Positions 1 through 10,598 of a stretch of DNA of 64,000 bases are shown piece after piece (the stretch's first letter is position 1; every line of letters begins with the position of its first letter). The notes beneath the pieces were generated by a model, which was given only the letters and a program-made list of their open reading frames with translations, did no database searches and was not told where the DNA came from. The stretch covers positions 256,001 to 320,000 of the forward strand of contig CAVRBU010000002.1 in assembly GCA_963719315.1 (NCBI GenBank). Direction: 5' to 3'. A program made the position numbers and the translations under genes. The DNA comes from an uncultured Planctomycetota bacterium. Lineage in GTDB: Bacteria; Planctomycetota; Planctomycetia; Pirellulales; Lacipirellulaceae.

Positions 1-2
1 TG

Positions 3-674
3 CCCGATTCTCCGCCGTTCGATCCGCACGACTATGGCTTCGATGATCCAGGCTTCTTCGCGCTCGGCAGCACTCGCGTTGCCGATTTTCCGGCCGGCAC
101 TTCACCCCTGCCCGCTGCGGCGAACGTAACGGTCCACTTTCCGAGCTTCACTGTCGCCGGCAACACAGACACGTTGTTCTATTGGAACGGGTCCGGAGCG
201 GTCAACTTTCAGCCCATTTCGACGACTCAGCCCGGCGTCGCGTTGGCGATCGGCGCCGACCCAGTGGGCACCACGAGCAATACTTCACTCACTGATTACG
301 GCGCTCTCCACGAGCATCCGGCTTTCACACTCGACAATGGCGGTCCTGGCATCCCTGCCGACGGCGTCTACCTGAACGCGGCAAACATCAGCGTTACGGG
401 GCTCAGTGACTCCAAGAACTACTACTACGTTTGGATCATCGATTCACTGATCAACGACGGGGACAAAGCCGGCGTGCTCCGGGATGCGCTCCTAGATCAC
501 ACCGATCCACCGATTGTCGAGGGTAAAGATTTCACGTTTGTCAACAACGCGATCAGCTATGTCCAGAACAATTTGGTTGCTGTCCCCGAGCCGGGTAGCT
601 TCGCGCTGATAGGTATCGTTGGCTGCGTGTGCTTGACCGTTGGATCGCGAACCCGCTTCGCCAGAAGGAGTTGA
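3..674 (+). CDS. PEP-CTERM surface protein with HxH motif (5'-truncated by window edge)
   Basis: Frame is open from base 3 (PDSPPFDPHDYGFDDPGF...). It ends in VPEP + hydrophobic helix + basic tail. Shares PGF, LFYWNG, HxH, PADG(V/L)YL and GL(S/T)DS motifs with the next gene. Confidence 0.85.
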   Translation, partial: PDSPPFDPHDYGFDDPGFFALGSTRVADFPAGTSPLPAAANVTVHFPSFTVAGNTDTLFYWNGSGAVNFQPISTTQPGVALAIGADPVGTTSNTSLTDYGALHEHPAFTLDNGGPGIPADGVYLNAANISVTGLSDSKNYYYVWIIDSLINDGDKAGVLRDALLDHTDPPIVEGKDFTFVNNAISYVQNNLVAVPEPGSFALIGIVGCVCLTVGSRTRFARRS

Positions 675-679
675 CACAG

Positions 680-1813
680 ATGAATCGCAAATCAGCTTTG
701 CTGAGCTTGGCGAGCATCGTGATCGCATCGAGTGTAGGGCCCGGGACCGCCCGAGCCCTACACTTCGATGTCCTGGTTGAGCAAATGAACGGCAAATTAG
801 TTACGGGCACGGCCGACTATGATCACGATCTATGGACGCTGGGCGAGCGCATTTTCCATCGCGACTTCGGCAGCACCTACGCCAACAACAATCCAGGGTT
901 TAGCTCCATCGGCGCCGGTTCGCCTGATATGCCGGCCGGCGCACAAGCGTTGACCGGCAATATGCCGCTGTCGTGGGACTTTTTGCCGATGACGATTACT
1001 AATGGTAATAACAGCCTTTCGAAGAATCTGTTCTATTGGAACGGACAAGATACCGATAGCGTCCCGGGCCTCACGCCAAACGATGTGAAGTTCGGCGCAC
1101 TTCCCGGACCGAATTACACGCTGACGCTTTTTGACATCAATAATGGCGGACACGCGACAGACGGTACGAATACGATCGTCCCCGGTGGCACTATTGCTAC
1201 GACGGGCTCCGATGGATTCATACACCAGCATCTGTATTACTTCCTGCAAGATAACGACGGCAACAGTGGCACGACGCCAGCGGATGGGCTTTACTTGATC
1301 GCGATGCGGTTGAAGTTGCCCGGCCTTACCGATTCCTTGCCCGTGTTCTTCATTTTTGGCACGCCCGGCTCGTCGGTCTCAGCAGAGGACGATGCGGCCG
1401 TCCCCTGGGTCGAGCAGCAACTCAATCTATCAGGCGATTACAACCAGAATGGCGGCGTCGATGCGGCGGATTACGTTCTCTGGCGCGAAACGAACGGCCA
1501 AAGCGGTTCTGGACTAGCGGCCGATGGCGACGGCAATCAGCGCGTCGATCAGGACGACTACAGTTTCTGGAGGCAGCACTTCGGCCAAACCTCTCACCTG
1601 ATTGTTGGCACGGGTTCCGGTTCGAGTATCACTGCTGGCTTGACCAGTATTTCCGCTGTGCCGGAACCTTGTGAGGCTCAACTCCTACTCATGACAACGA
1701 TCGGCTTGATGGGAACCAGGAGATTTTGGCCGCTTCGGTATCGCGTTCGTATTTTCAACATCCTGCCACTACAATCTAGCCGTAACGGCTCCCTTCCAAT
1801 TCGCTGGAGGTAA
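680..1813 (+). CDS. PEP-CTERM protein with HxD/HxH domain and planctomycete dockerin-like repeat
   Basis: AGGAG RBS before ATG 680; signal peptide; LHFD and FIHQH motifs; GDYNQNGGVDAADYVLWR...ADGDGNQRVDQDDY repeat; VPEP tail. Confidence 0.85.
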   Translation: MNRKSALLSLASIVIASSVGPGTARALHFDVLVEQMNGKLVTGTADYDHDLWTLGERIFHRDFGSTYANNNPGFSSIGAGSPDMPAGAQALTGNMPLSWDFLPMTITNGNNSLSKNLFYWNGQDTDSVPGLTPNDVKFGALPGPNYTLTLFDINNGGHATDGTNTIVPGGTIATTGSDGFIHQHLYYFLQDNDGNSGTTPADGLYLIAMRLKLPGLTDSLPVFFIFGTPGSSVSAEDDAAVPWVEQQLNLSGDYNQNGGVDAADYVLWRETNGQSGSGLAADGDGNQRVDQDDYSFWRQHFGQTSHLIVGTGSGSSITAGLTSISAVPEPCEAQLLLMTTIGLMGTRRFWPLRYRVRIFNILPLQSSRNGSLPIRWR

Positions 1814-1817
1814 TGCC

Positions 1818-2843
1818 ATGTCACGAACTGCGCATCAATATCCTTGTCGCGCGACAGCTTTTACGCTCGTCGAACTTCTAGTCGTAATTGCCATTATTGG
1901 CACAGTCGTTGCATTGCTGCTTCCCGCCGTCCAGGCGGCGCGCGAAGCGGCCCGCTCCGCCCAGTGCAAAAACCACCTCAAGCATATCGGCCTGGCCACG
2001 CTGCAGTTCAACGATACCTATCAGGCATTTCCACCGGCGAGATTAAAATCCCGCGGCTTCCAATCGGTGATCTGCGAATCCACGCAACCCTCCTGGCTCG
2101 TACGCATTCTGCCGTTCTTAGAGGAGTCTAGCCAATACGCACGATGGGGTGTCTACAACACGTTCGAGAGTCATCCGGCAAACGTCCGCGAATTCATTCC
2201 AACCGCTTACATCTGCCCCACGCGCCGGTCGATGACCGAGGCGGTGATCGACTCCGGCACGGCATTGCAGCCTTTCACTTATCCCTGCGGGTGCGGCGGC
2301 AACCAGGTCGTTAAGCTCATAGGTGGAGCGGTGGGCGATTACGGCGGCAACCACGGCGACTTCACCGGCGGCTCCACGGGCAGCGATTCCGATTACTACA
2401 ACGGCGGCAATGGTACGGGCGTCATTATTTCGAGCCGCCCGCTCTGCCGCGACACCGCGCCGGCCGGCTGGCTCGACAAAATCCGCCACAAGGATCTGCT
2501 CGATGGCGCGAGCAAGACATTCCTCGCCGGTGAGATGCACGTCCCTCTCGGCCGCGTCGCCCAGGTGCCCGAGAACCGCCCGATCTACAATGGCCTCGAT
2601 TTGCCCGCCTTCGCCCGCATCGGCGGCCCCGGCATCCCAGTGGCCCGCAGCGCCGATGATACGTACATTCCTATTATCGGCTTCGGAAGTTGGCATCCGG
2701 GTGTTTGTCCGTTCGTATTGGCGGATGGGTCCGTCGATTCGATCGATAACTTTATCGATACCGAGGTTCTACGCGCGTATTGTCACCGCGCCGATGGTGG
2801 TCAGGCTGCGGCACCGCCCCAGAAACAATCCACCGTGAATTGA
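1818..2843 (+). CDS. DUF1559 prepilin-type protein (H-X9-DG)
   Basis: A|FTLVELLVVIAIIG...LLPAVQAAREAAR..QCKNHLK N-terminus; C-terminal FGSWHPGVCPFVLADGSV. Confidence 0.93.
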   Translation: MSRTAHQYPCRATAFTLVELLVVIAIIGTVVALLLPAVQAAREAARSAQCKNHLKHIGLATLQFNDTYQAFPPARLKSRGFQSVICESTQPSWLVRILPFLEESSQYARWGVYNTFESHPANVREFIPTAYICPTRRSMTEAVIDSGTALQPFTYPCGCGGNQVVKLIGGAVGDYGGNHGDFTGGSTGSDSDYYNGGNGTGVIISSRPLCRDTAPAGWLDKIRHKDLLDGASKTFLAGEMHVPLGRVAQVPENRPIYNGLDLPAFARIGGPGIPVARSADDTYIPIIGFGSWHPGVCPFVLADGSVDSIDNFIDTEVLRAYCHRADGGQAAAPPQKQSTVN

Positions 2844-2934
2844 TGCATCGTCTGCCGTAGCTGAATCGCATGAATTCGGCCTGCATTTACTCAGACTGAA
2901 CTCTTGCGAGTCCAGCTACACGATGGTTTGCAAC

Positions 2935-3441
2935 ATGTCTCGTCCTACCACTGCACTGCTGCTGACGCTGTCCTTTCTTTTCACTGGTTGCTCCGGCCGC
3001 GTCGCCACGTATCCGGTTTCGGGAACCGTGCAATTCGACGATGGTGAGCCGGTTCGCATCGGCTTCGTCGAATTTCGCTGCCCGGATACCGGCGTCTCCG
3101 CTCGTGCCAAGCTGAGCGACTCAGGGGCATTTTCGTTAGGTACCTTTGGCGCTAACGATGGAGCTCCCGCCGGCGACTATCAAGTCATTATCGTGCAATA
3201 TTTTAATGCGCCGCCACCGGGCCACGTACACTCGCATGCTGACCACGAAGCGGACGAGCATGACGTAACTAGATCGCACGATGTGACCGACCACGACCAA
3301 CACGCTCACGATGGCAAGCCGGATGCCCGCATAGCCGCCAAATTCAGCGATTACTCAACGTCGCCTCTTAAGGCCAAAGTGCGATCGGACGCCGATAACA
3401 AACTCAGCTTTGTAGTAGTGCATCCAGCAACAGGAAAATAG
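2935..3441 (+). CDS. DUF1559-associated lipoprotein (carboxypeptidase regulatory-like fold) with His-rich insert
   Basis: Lipobox LFTGC; YPVSGTV..DGEP and GAPAGDYQV motifs typical of this family; His/Asp-rich loop. Confidence 0.85.
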   Translation: MSRPTTALLLTLSFLFTGCSGRVATYPVSGTVQFDDGEPVRIGFVEFRCPDTGVSARAKLSDSGAFSLGTFGANDGAPAGDYQVIIVQYFNAPPPGHVHSHADHEADEHDVTRSHDVTDHDQHAHDGKPDARIAAKFSDYSTSPLKAKVRSDADNKLSFVVVHPATGK

Positions 3442-3640
3442 GCTGTGTGGCAGTTTAACGATTTTGCTTAATCGCACATGACAGTGATTCACCGTTCTTT
3501 CATACTGGGACCGGGAAAAGTGTCAGGCATGAAAGGATATGTCGGCCAGAAGTGGGCGATGCCAACTCCTACAAGACGCCTTTTGCCGGGGCTGCTACGG
3601 CATGGGGAGCATGCCTGCTACACTTCAGATGTGTGATCCC

Positions 3641-4099
3641 ATGAATTCATCCCTAACCAGCACCGAAACGACTGGCGTGATTCTAGTAGATCACGGTTCG
3701 CGCAGGGACGCGAGCAATGCGATGTTGCTCGACGTGGTGCGGAGCTTTGTGGAGGGCAGCGGGATGCCGATTGTCGAGCCGGCTCATATGGAGTTGGCGG
3801 AGCCTTCGATTGCGACGGCGTTTGCGCGGTGCGTGGAGCGCGGCGCTACGCTGGTGGTTGTGTTTCCTTACTTCTTGCTGCCGGGGCGGCATTGGAGTGA
3901 GGATATTCCGCGGCTGGCGGCGGCGGCGGCTGAGCGGCATCCGGGTGTTCGGTACCTGGTGACGGCCCCGTTCGGTCTGCATCCATTGATGGCACAGGTG
4001 ATCGAGCAGCGGATCGAGCATTGTTTGGCGCACACGCAGGGAAACGCCGATGCTTGCGAACTGTGTGCTGGCACCGATCACTGCCAGTTGCGCGGGTAG
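3641..4099 (+). CDS. sirB: Sirohydrochlorin chelatase (CbiX/SirB family) with C-terminal Cys cluster
   Basis: VDHGSRR, AHMELAEPSI and PYFLLPGRHWSEDIP chelatase motifs; tail HCLAH...CELCAGTDHC. Start codon uncertain. Confidence 0.8.
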   Translation: MNSSLTSTETTGVILVDHGSRRDASNAMLLDVVRSFVEGSGMPIVEPAHMELAEPSIATAFARCVERGATLVVVFPYFLLPGRHWSEDIPRLAAAAAERHPGVRYLVTAPFGLHPLMAQVIEQRIEHCLAHTQGNADACELCAGTDHCQLRG

Positions 4100-4200
4100 T
4101 TCGGATTGAGTCGCATGGTGCGCGCGGACGATAGAAACTAATGAATCTGGATCAAGCGCCTGCTCCCTGAGGGAGACGGTCGGGGTTGAGTGCGAACTAT

Positions 4201-4240
4201 CAAGGCGCCCTCACGCTGCCCTCTCCCAAAGGAAGAGGGG
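4201..4240. repeat. CCCTCACC..GCCCTCTCCC..GGGAGAGG-type palindromic repeat
   Basis: Similar copy at 19624-19662 and a degenerate inverted partner at about 4160-4192. Confidence 0.6.
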
Positions 4241-4252
4241 TTGATGCAGAAA

Positions 4253-4385
4253 CTAGTGCTTTGTCACAGCTTGATTTTGGGATTAGCCACGGGCGCTAGC
4301 CCCCGGTTGGAGCGGCACAAACCGGGGGCTAGCGCCCTGCGGCTGATGCGCTCAACCCCAATTTTTAGCTGTGACAAAGCACTAG
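4253..4385. mobile_element. 133-bp MITE-like element with nested inverted repeats
   Basis: Perfect 19-bp terminal inverted repeats (CTAGTGCTTTGTCACAGCT) and an inner perfect 18-bp inverted repeat (4291-4308/4320-4337). No ORF. Confidence 0.65.
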
Positions 4386-4468
4386 GACCGACCCAGCATT
4401 GCGACGAACCCAGTAACCCGTTTTTTTGTCGCAGCCACGTGGCAACGTCCGTCGTGGCGGACGCGCAT

Positions 4469-4494
4469 GCGAGTCTCGGAGAGACTCGCCTACG
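4469..4494 (-). repeat. GTAG-type REP-like hairpin
   Basis: Reverse strand reads CGTAGGCGAGTCTCTCCGAGACTCGC: a GTAG tetranucleotide followed by a palindrome. Confidence 0.55.
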
Positions 4495-4533
4495 TGGCGC
4501 CTGCTTCTCTACGTTTCCAAGGAAGGAATTGTC

Positions 4534-5610
4534 ATGAAACGCATTTTGCCTGCGATTGCGCTGATGTGTTGCGCGGTCGTCGCCACCTCGAAGGTCGAGC
4601 GTGCCGGCGCCGCCGAGCCGTTCGTGCCCGGCACTGGTGAGTTTTTGCAGGACTGCTGCGACGACTTCGAAAACGAGAATTGGAGCTATCGCTATAACCA
4701 CCCCAAGAGCAGCTACGAACAGGATGAACAGCAGCGCAGACCGGGCGGGATGTCGAACAACGGCCTGTGGCACGAAGGCGGGAAGCGGGGCACGCCCGAT
4801 GTGGTGAAGCGCGTGGCGACGCCCCCTGGCGGCCTCGACGGCAGCATCGGCGCGCTGATGTTCGCCACGAAAAACTCCGGCATCCCCGGCAAGTACAGCA
4901 ACTCGCAACAGCAAGACGACCTGTTGATGATGTGCAATCGCCGGCTCGGGCGGTCGATTCCGATGGCCTGGCAGCCAAGCTGCACGGTGCGGGTTTATTT
5001 GCCCGAATGGGAAAAGTGGGAGAAGCGTTCGGGGCCGTCGTTTGGCATGCGGGCCGATTGCTCGGGCCGTAACCCGGACGGCACGACCGAAGAGTATTGG
5101 CCCGGCATCTTCATTTTGTTCCACAAGAAAACGAACAAAGAAGGCGACGCGGACGGGGCCAAGTTGACGATTCGCGGCGACAAGCTCGGCCGCGACGTGC
5201 GCAGCGTGGATATCAAGGAACCGGGCTGGTGGACGCTCGGCATGTCGTTCACCACCGACGGCCAGATACATTATTACGGCCATGCAGGCGTGGCGGACCT
5301 GACGGCCGAAGACCACTTGATGTCGAGCTATCCGTACAGCATGAAGTGCCTGGCGTTCAACAACTTTTTCTTCAACGTGGCCAACTGGGACAACGGGCGC
5401 ACGTGGTCGACGCCGTGGGTGATCGACGACCCGAAGATTTACGTGATTACGCCGCCGGGCCAGTCGGTCGCCCAACTGTATCGCATCAAGAAGAAGCCAC
5501 AGCAGCGGCAAGTGACGCGAAAGGGCTCGCTGCAGCAGCCGGATTCGGTTTCGCGGCCGTCATCGGCGTCGAATGCGGCGTCGGCTTCGCGCGGGAGGAC
5601 GCAGCGGTAG
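4534..5610 (+). CDS. Secreted hypothetical protein
   Basis: RBS-like GGAAGGA, signal peptide MKRILPAIALMCCAVVA, strong GC3 codon bias, Trp/Gly-rich body. No family recognised. Confidence 0.75.
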   Translation: MKRILPAIALMCCAVVATSKVERAGAAEPFVPGTGEFLQDCCDDFENENWSYRYNHPKSSYEQDEQQRRPGGMSNNGLWHEGGKRGTPDVVKRVATPPGGLDGSIGALMFATKNSGIPGKYSNSQQQDDLLMMCNRRLGRSIPMAWQPSCTVRVYLPEWEKWEKRSGPSFGMRADCSGRNPDGTTEEYWPGIFILFHKKTNKEGDADGAKLTIRGDKLGRDVRSVDIKEPGWWTLGMSFTTDGQIHYYGHAGVADLTAEDHLMSSYPYSMKCLAFNNFFFNVANWDNGRTWSTPWVIDDPKIYVITPPGQSVAQLYRIKKKPQQRQVTRKGSLQQPDSVSRPSSASNAASASRGRTQR

Positions 5611-5736
5611 GAAGAGAGTGGGGAGTGGGGAATGGGGAGTGAGAAGGATCAAATTCTGGGATTTTGCTTGCAACTCTTGTTTACGAATGCTCGCTCCTCG
5701 TTCCTCGCATCTCGCTCCTTCCTATAGAATGCGGCG

Positions 5737-8700
5737 ATGGCCGCAACGCGTTGGGAATTTTGGATTGATGTCGGTGGTACGTTCACCGATTGCCTGGCGA
5801 AGTCCCCCGACGGGGGACTGCTGCGGCACAAATTGTTGAGTTCAGGCGTGACGAAGGGCCGCGTTGGTAGCGGTTCTTCGCCACGTTTTATTTTGGATGC
5901 GGCGCGGGGCGGCGATCCGGTAGATTTTTGGACCGGTTGGCGGCTGACCATCGTTGGCGACGATGGGAAGGAAGTCGACGCGGCCCACGTGACAGGCTTT
6001 GAGCCGCAACGCGGGCTGCTGAAATTGAGCGGGCTGGCGACACAACCCTCGCCAAATGCCTCTTACGAACTGCGCTGCGAACTTGAAGCGCCGGTCATCG
6101 CCGTTCGGTATCTGTTGGGGTTGCCGCTGGAACAGCCGGCGCCGCCGCTGCATTTGCGTCTCGGAACAACGCGCGGTACGAACGCCCTCATCACGCTCAG
6201 CGGCGCGCGAACGGCGCTCGCAACGACGCGCGGCTTCGGCGATGTATTGGAAATCGGCTACCAAGCGCGGCCGCGGCTCTTCGATCTGACAATCCGCAAG
6301 CCACCCCCGATAGCGGAGTCGGTCGTCGAAGTCGACGAGCGAGTCACGCACGACGGCGCGATCCTGGCAGCGCCCAGAGAATCGGCGGTTCGGGAACAGC
6401 TCAGCGCGTTGCTCGACGTGGGCGTCGAATCGCTGGCAATTTGCCTGCTGCACGCCGATCGCCATCGCGCCCATGAGCAACTGGTAACGCGCATTGCGCA
6501 CGAAGTCGGCTTTCGCGAAATCAGCGTGTCGCACATTGTAGCCCCTTTGCCGAAGTTTGTCGCGCGGGCCGATACAACGGTGGTTGATGCGTATTTGAAT
6601 CCTGTCCTGCGCGAGTATGTGTTGCGGCTGCGGAAGGAATTGCCCGGCAGCACGCTGCGGATTCTCACGTCGGCCGGTGGATTGGTCGCGGGCGAACAGT
6701 TCTGCGGCAAGGACAGCATCCTTTCGGGGCCGGCGGGGGGCGTCGTGGGTTTTTCACGCGTGGCGCAGGCGGCAGGGTTTGAGTGTGCGATCGGCTTCGA
6801 TATGGGCGGAACGAGCACGGATGTGTCGCGGTTCGACGGACGTTACGACCTCGAATACGAAACTCAAAAGGCCGGCGTGCGACTGGTGGCTCCGACGTTG
6901 GCGATCGAAACCGTTGCGGCCGGCGGCGGTTCGCTTTGTCGATTCGATGGTGTGAAGCTCGTGGTCGGGCCAGAGAGCGCTGGCGCCGACCCCGGGCCCG
7001 CTTGTTACGGGCGCGGCGGACCGCTGACGGTGACGGACGTGAATTTGTATTTGAAGCGGATCGTGCCGGAGCGGTTTCCGATTCCGCTCGATCGGGCGGC
7101 GACGGAGCGGAGGCTGCGGGAGCTGGCGGGAGAGATGGAAGGGTCACTGGCCGCTGAAGCGGCCAGTCCGTCGTCGGAGGCGTATTCGCTCGAGGCGTTG
7201 GCGGCGGGATTGTTGCGGATTGCGAATGCCAATATGGCGTCGGCAATTCGCAGCGTGACGGTGGCCAAGGGAGCGGATCCGGCGGAGTACGTGCTCGTGG
7301 CGTTCGGCGGCGCGGCGGCCCAACACGCGTGTGCGGTCGCGCGCGAATTGGGGATTCGGCAAGTCCTGATTCATCCGGAGGCCGGCGTGCTCAGCGCATT
7401 GGGAATCGGATTGGCCGATGTGACGCGGCATCGTTCGTGCGGGATCGAGCAGCCGCTGGACGAATCATCGCTCGCCACCGCGCGCGAGCAGTTGGAGGAG
7501 CTAGAGAGCAAGGCAATTGAGGAAGTGCACCGCGAAGTTGTCGAGCAAGTTTTTTCCACTCGGTCACTCGACCTGAGTTACGAAGGCGTCAACAGTGTTT
7601 TGACAATCGATTGGCCTGAACACGGCGATTTCTCCGCGGCATTTGCGGACGCGCATCGACGGCGGTACGGCTATATTCATGCCGGCAAATCGCTCACGAT
7701 CGTGGCCGCGCGCGTGGCGGTGGTTGGACATGTGGCCAACGCACTGACGCCGAGTCGCCGAGTCAACTCTCAACATCCAATCGCTCGGCGCGCTGCGACC
7801 GCATACTTCGATGGCGCTTGGTGCGAAGCGCGCGTTTACGAACGAACCGAACTAGCGCCGGGGGATCGCATTTTTGGTCCCGCTATCGTGACGGAGGATA
7901 TCTCCACGACGGTCATCGATCCCGACTGGCAGGCGGAAGTGCTCTCCGCAGGAGAGCTGCTGCTGACCGACGAAGCAAAACGCGAAGTGGAACAGCCGAA
8001 ATCGAATTTCGCAGCTTCGGCGTTGCCCGACCCGGTGCTGCTGGAAATCTTCAACAATCACCTGACCAGTATCGCGGAGCAGATGGGCGTGACGTTGCGG
8101 AACACCGCCAGTAGCGTGAATGTGAAGGAGCGGCTGGACTATCAGTTGCGCGATATTTACGGGCGACGGTCGGCTGGCGGCGAACGCGGCGCACGTGCCG
8201 GTGCATCTGGGGGCGATGGAAGAGACGGTTCGAGCGACAATTGCCGCCAATTCGGATTTGCAGCCGGGTGACGTGATTGCGACCAACGATCCTTACGCCG
8301 GTGGATCGCATTTGCCCGATGTGACGGTGATCTCGCCAATCCACGATTCGGCCACCGGTGAACTGCGATTCTTCACGGCGAATCGCGCCCACCACGCCGA
8401 GATCGGCGGCATGGTGCCGGGTTCCATGCCGCCACATTCGAAAAACCTGGCTGAGGAAGGCGTGCTGCTTCAAAATCTCAAAATCGTGGCGGCGGGCGAA
8501 TCGCGGTTTGATGCATTGCGGGCTGCGCTCGCTTCGGGCCTCTACCCTTCGCGCGATGTCGCCACGAATTTGGCCGATGTGGCGGCGCAAGTGGCCGCGA
8601 ATCGGCAGGGGGCGAACGACCTGGCAAGTTTGATCGAACGGTACACGTGGCCGGTAGTTGAGCAATACATGAATTTCGTACAGGAGGCGGCGGAGCGCAA

Positions 8701-9601
8701 GGTTCGTCTTGCTCTCGGGCGGCTGCCGGCTGGAACGCACGCGTTTACAGATTATTTGGAGACCGCCGACGGAGCAAGCGTGCCGATTTGTGTGCATTTT
8801 ACCATTCATGAAGCGGGGCACACTCCGGCCGCGACGATCGATTTCACGGGTACCGCGCCGGTCATGTGTGGCAATCTCAACGCGAACCGAGCTATTGTCA
8901 CGGCCGCTGTGATGTATGTGCTGCGGCTGCTCGTCGATGAGGATATTCCGCTCAATCACGGTGCGCTACGACCGATTGAGATCGTGCTGCCGCCCTGTTT
9001 TCTGAACCCGGAGCGAGGGCAGACGCCCGAAACTACGCCGGCCGTGGCGGGCGGGAATGTGGAAACGTCGCAACGCGTGGTCGATGTGCTGCTCGGCGCG
9101 TTGGGCGTGGCGGCCGCCAGCCAAGGCACCATGAATAATGTGGTATTCGGAGACGCGGAGTTTGGCTATTACGAAACGATCTGTGGCGGAAGTGGAGCGA
9201 CGGCCGATGGCCCTGGCGCGAGTGCCGTGCAAGTCCATATGACCAACACGCGACTCACCGATCCGGAAATTCTTGAACGGCGGTATCCCGTGCGGGTCCG
9301 CGAGTATTCAATCCGGCGCGGCTCGGGCGGGAAGGGAAAACAACACGGCGGCGACGGCGTGGTGCGACACATTGAATTCTTACGGCCGCTCACGCTGTCG
9401 TTGCTCACGCAGCGGCGGGGACCGTATCCGCCGTTTGGTATGGCGGGCGGCAGACCGGGCGCATTGGGCCGCAACCGGCTGCGACGGGCGGATGGAACGG
9501 TGCTGGAATTGGGCGGAATCGCTCAACTCGAGGTCGCGGCAGGCGATATATTAATGATTGAAACCCCCGGCGGCGGCGGGTTTGGAAGGCCGAGTACCTA
9601 A
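5737..9601 (+). CDS. oplA: Fused 5-oxoprolinase / hydantoinase A+B (frameshift at about 8142)
   Basis: [24 protein letters not shown] and [12 protein letters not shown] motifs in ORF 5737; [24 protein letters not shown] and ETPGGGG in ORF 8195. Removing one base restores KERLDYSCAIF. Confidence 0.9.
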
Positions 9602-9628
9602 TCGGCCCGACCAATATGGTCGGGCTAT

Positions 9629-10465
9629 ATGAATATGATCCGACGCGAAATTGAATTGGCAGAGAATGAGAAGCTTTGGCTGTTAATCTCACAGGTTGAC
9701 CACGCCCACGTTAGCGGCGATTTGACGCGACACGGAAACAACAGGTTTTCGCGAGAAGTAATCGACGCGATCACGCATCACGACGATGGATGGTCGGAGT
9801 GGGAAGCAGTGCCGAAACTGAACCCGAAAATCGGCGGCCCGTATTCGTTTCTCGAGATGCCGCTGCCCGAGTCGCTGGTGATTTGGGATAACTCGATCGC
9901 GGCGGCCCGGAAATTTGGACCGCTGGCCGGGTTTATCGTGGCAGGGCACTTTTATAATTTGCTGAGCGAGTCGGACCATGCGCGGGAGGCGGCAGCCGTT
10001 GCGTGGTTGGCAGCGAAGCGAAAGGCACGCACGGCCTGGCTCGACGAATGGGTACGAGCAAATCCCGCGAACTCGCTTGCTGAGACCAAGCGCGCACAAC
10101 ATCAATTGCTAATTGCCGACCTATTCAGCTTGTGGCTCTGCTGCGACGCGCCGACCGCGGCGGAGGACGCCAGCGTGCTCGAGCAATCGCCCATGAAGTT
10201 GCGTACGGAGAAGCTGCTGGACGAATATCATTTCGCTCCCGTCGGCTTTGGACGACGGCATCCGACGCCAGCGAATCCACAGGAGGCACTCGCCTGGGTG
10301 ATCGCCGTGGACCCGTATCCATTCAGCACTTCACCGATTACGCTGGCCCTAACGGCTGACTTAGTCCCCGTGTCAAATTACGCGAGCTGGCAAGAATTGA
10401 AGGCCGCGAGCCGTCGAATCGAGCTTCGCTGGCGGCTGATTCCGCCCGCCGCCGCGAATGCCTGA
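9629..10465 (+). CDS. DUF3891-family protein
   Basis: LISQVDHAHVSG...AITHHDDGW..WE..P...G.PYSF pattern. Confidence 0.75.
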   Translation: MNMIRREIELAENEKLWLLISQVDHAHVSGDLTRHGNNRFSREVIDAITHHDDGWSEWEAVPKLNPKIGGPYSFLEMPLPESLVIWDNSIAAARKFGPLAGFIVAGHFYNLLSESDHAREAAAVAWLAAKRKARTAWLDEWVRANPANSLAETKRAQHQLLIADLFSLWLCCDAPTAAEDASVLEQSPMKLRTEKLLDEYHFAPVGFGRRHPTPANPQEALAWVIAVDPYPFSTSPITLALTADLVPVSNYASWQELKAASRRIELRWRLIPPAAANA

Positions 10466-10598
10466 AGCGAACTGTGCGACCTTGTGGAACGTCGCAGAAT
10501 CGGGATAATCCTGGAGTTATACAGAGAAATTGTCGGCGAGGGGGTCCCGCGAGCGGGCCGGCAATCACACCATTCCCGATTCACGAAGCAGGTGAAAC

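Noticed and set aside
4190..5511. Long alternative ORFs (4190-4537, 4264-5511) and similar antisense ORFs across the window
   Set aside because: Shadow frames of GC-rich genes or translations of repeats, with no motifs.
8140..8200. Programmed frameshift or genuine split of oxoprolinase into A and B genes
   Set aside because: The break falls inside the conserved RLDYSCA motif with no slippery sequence and matches the window-wide indel pattern.
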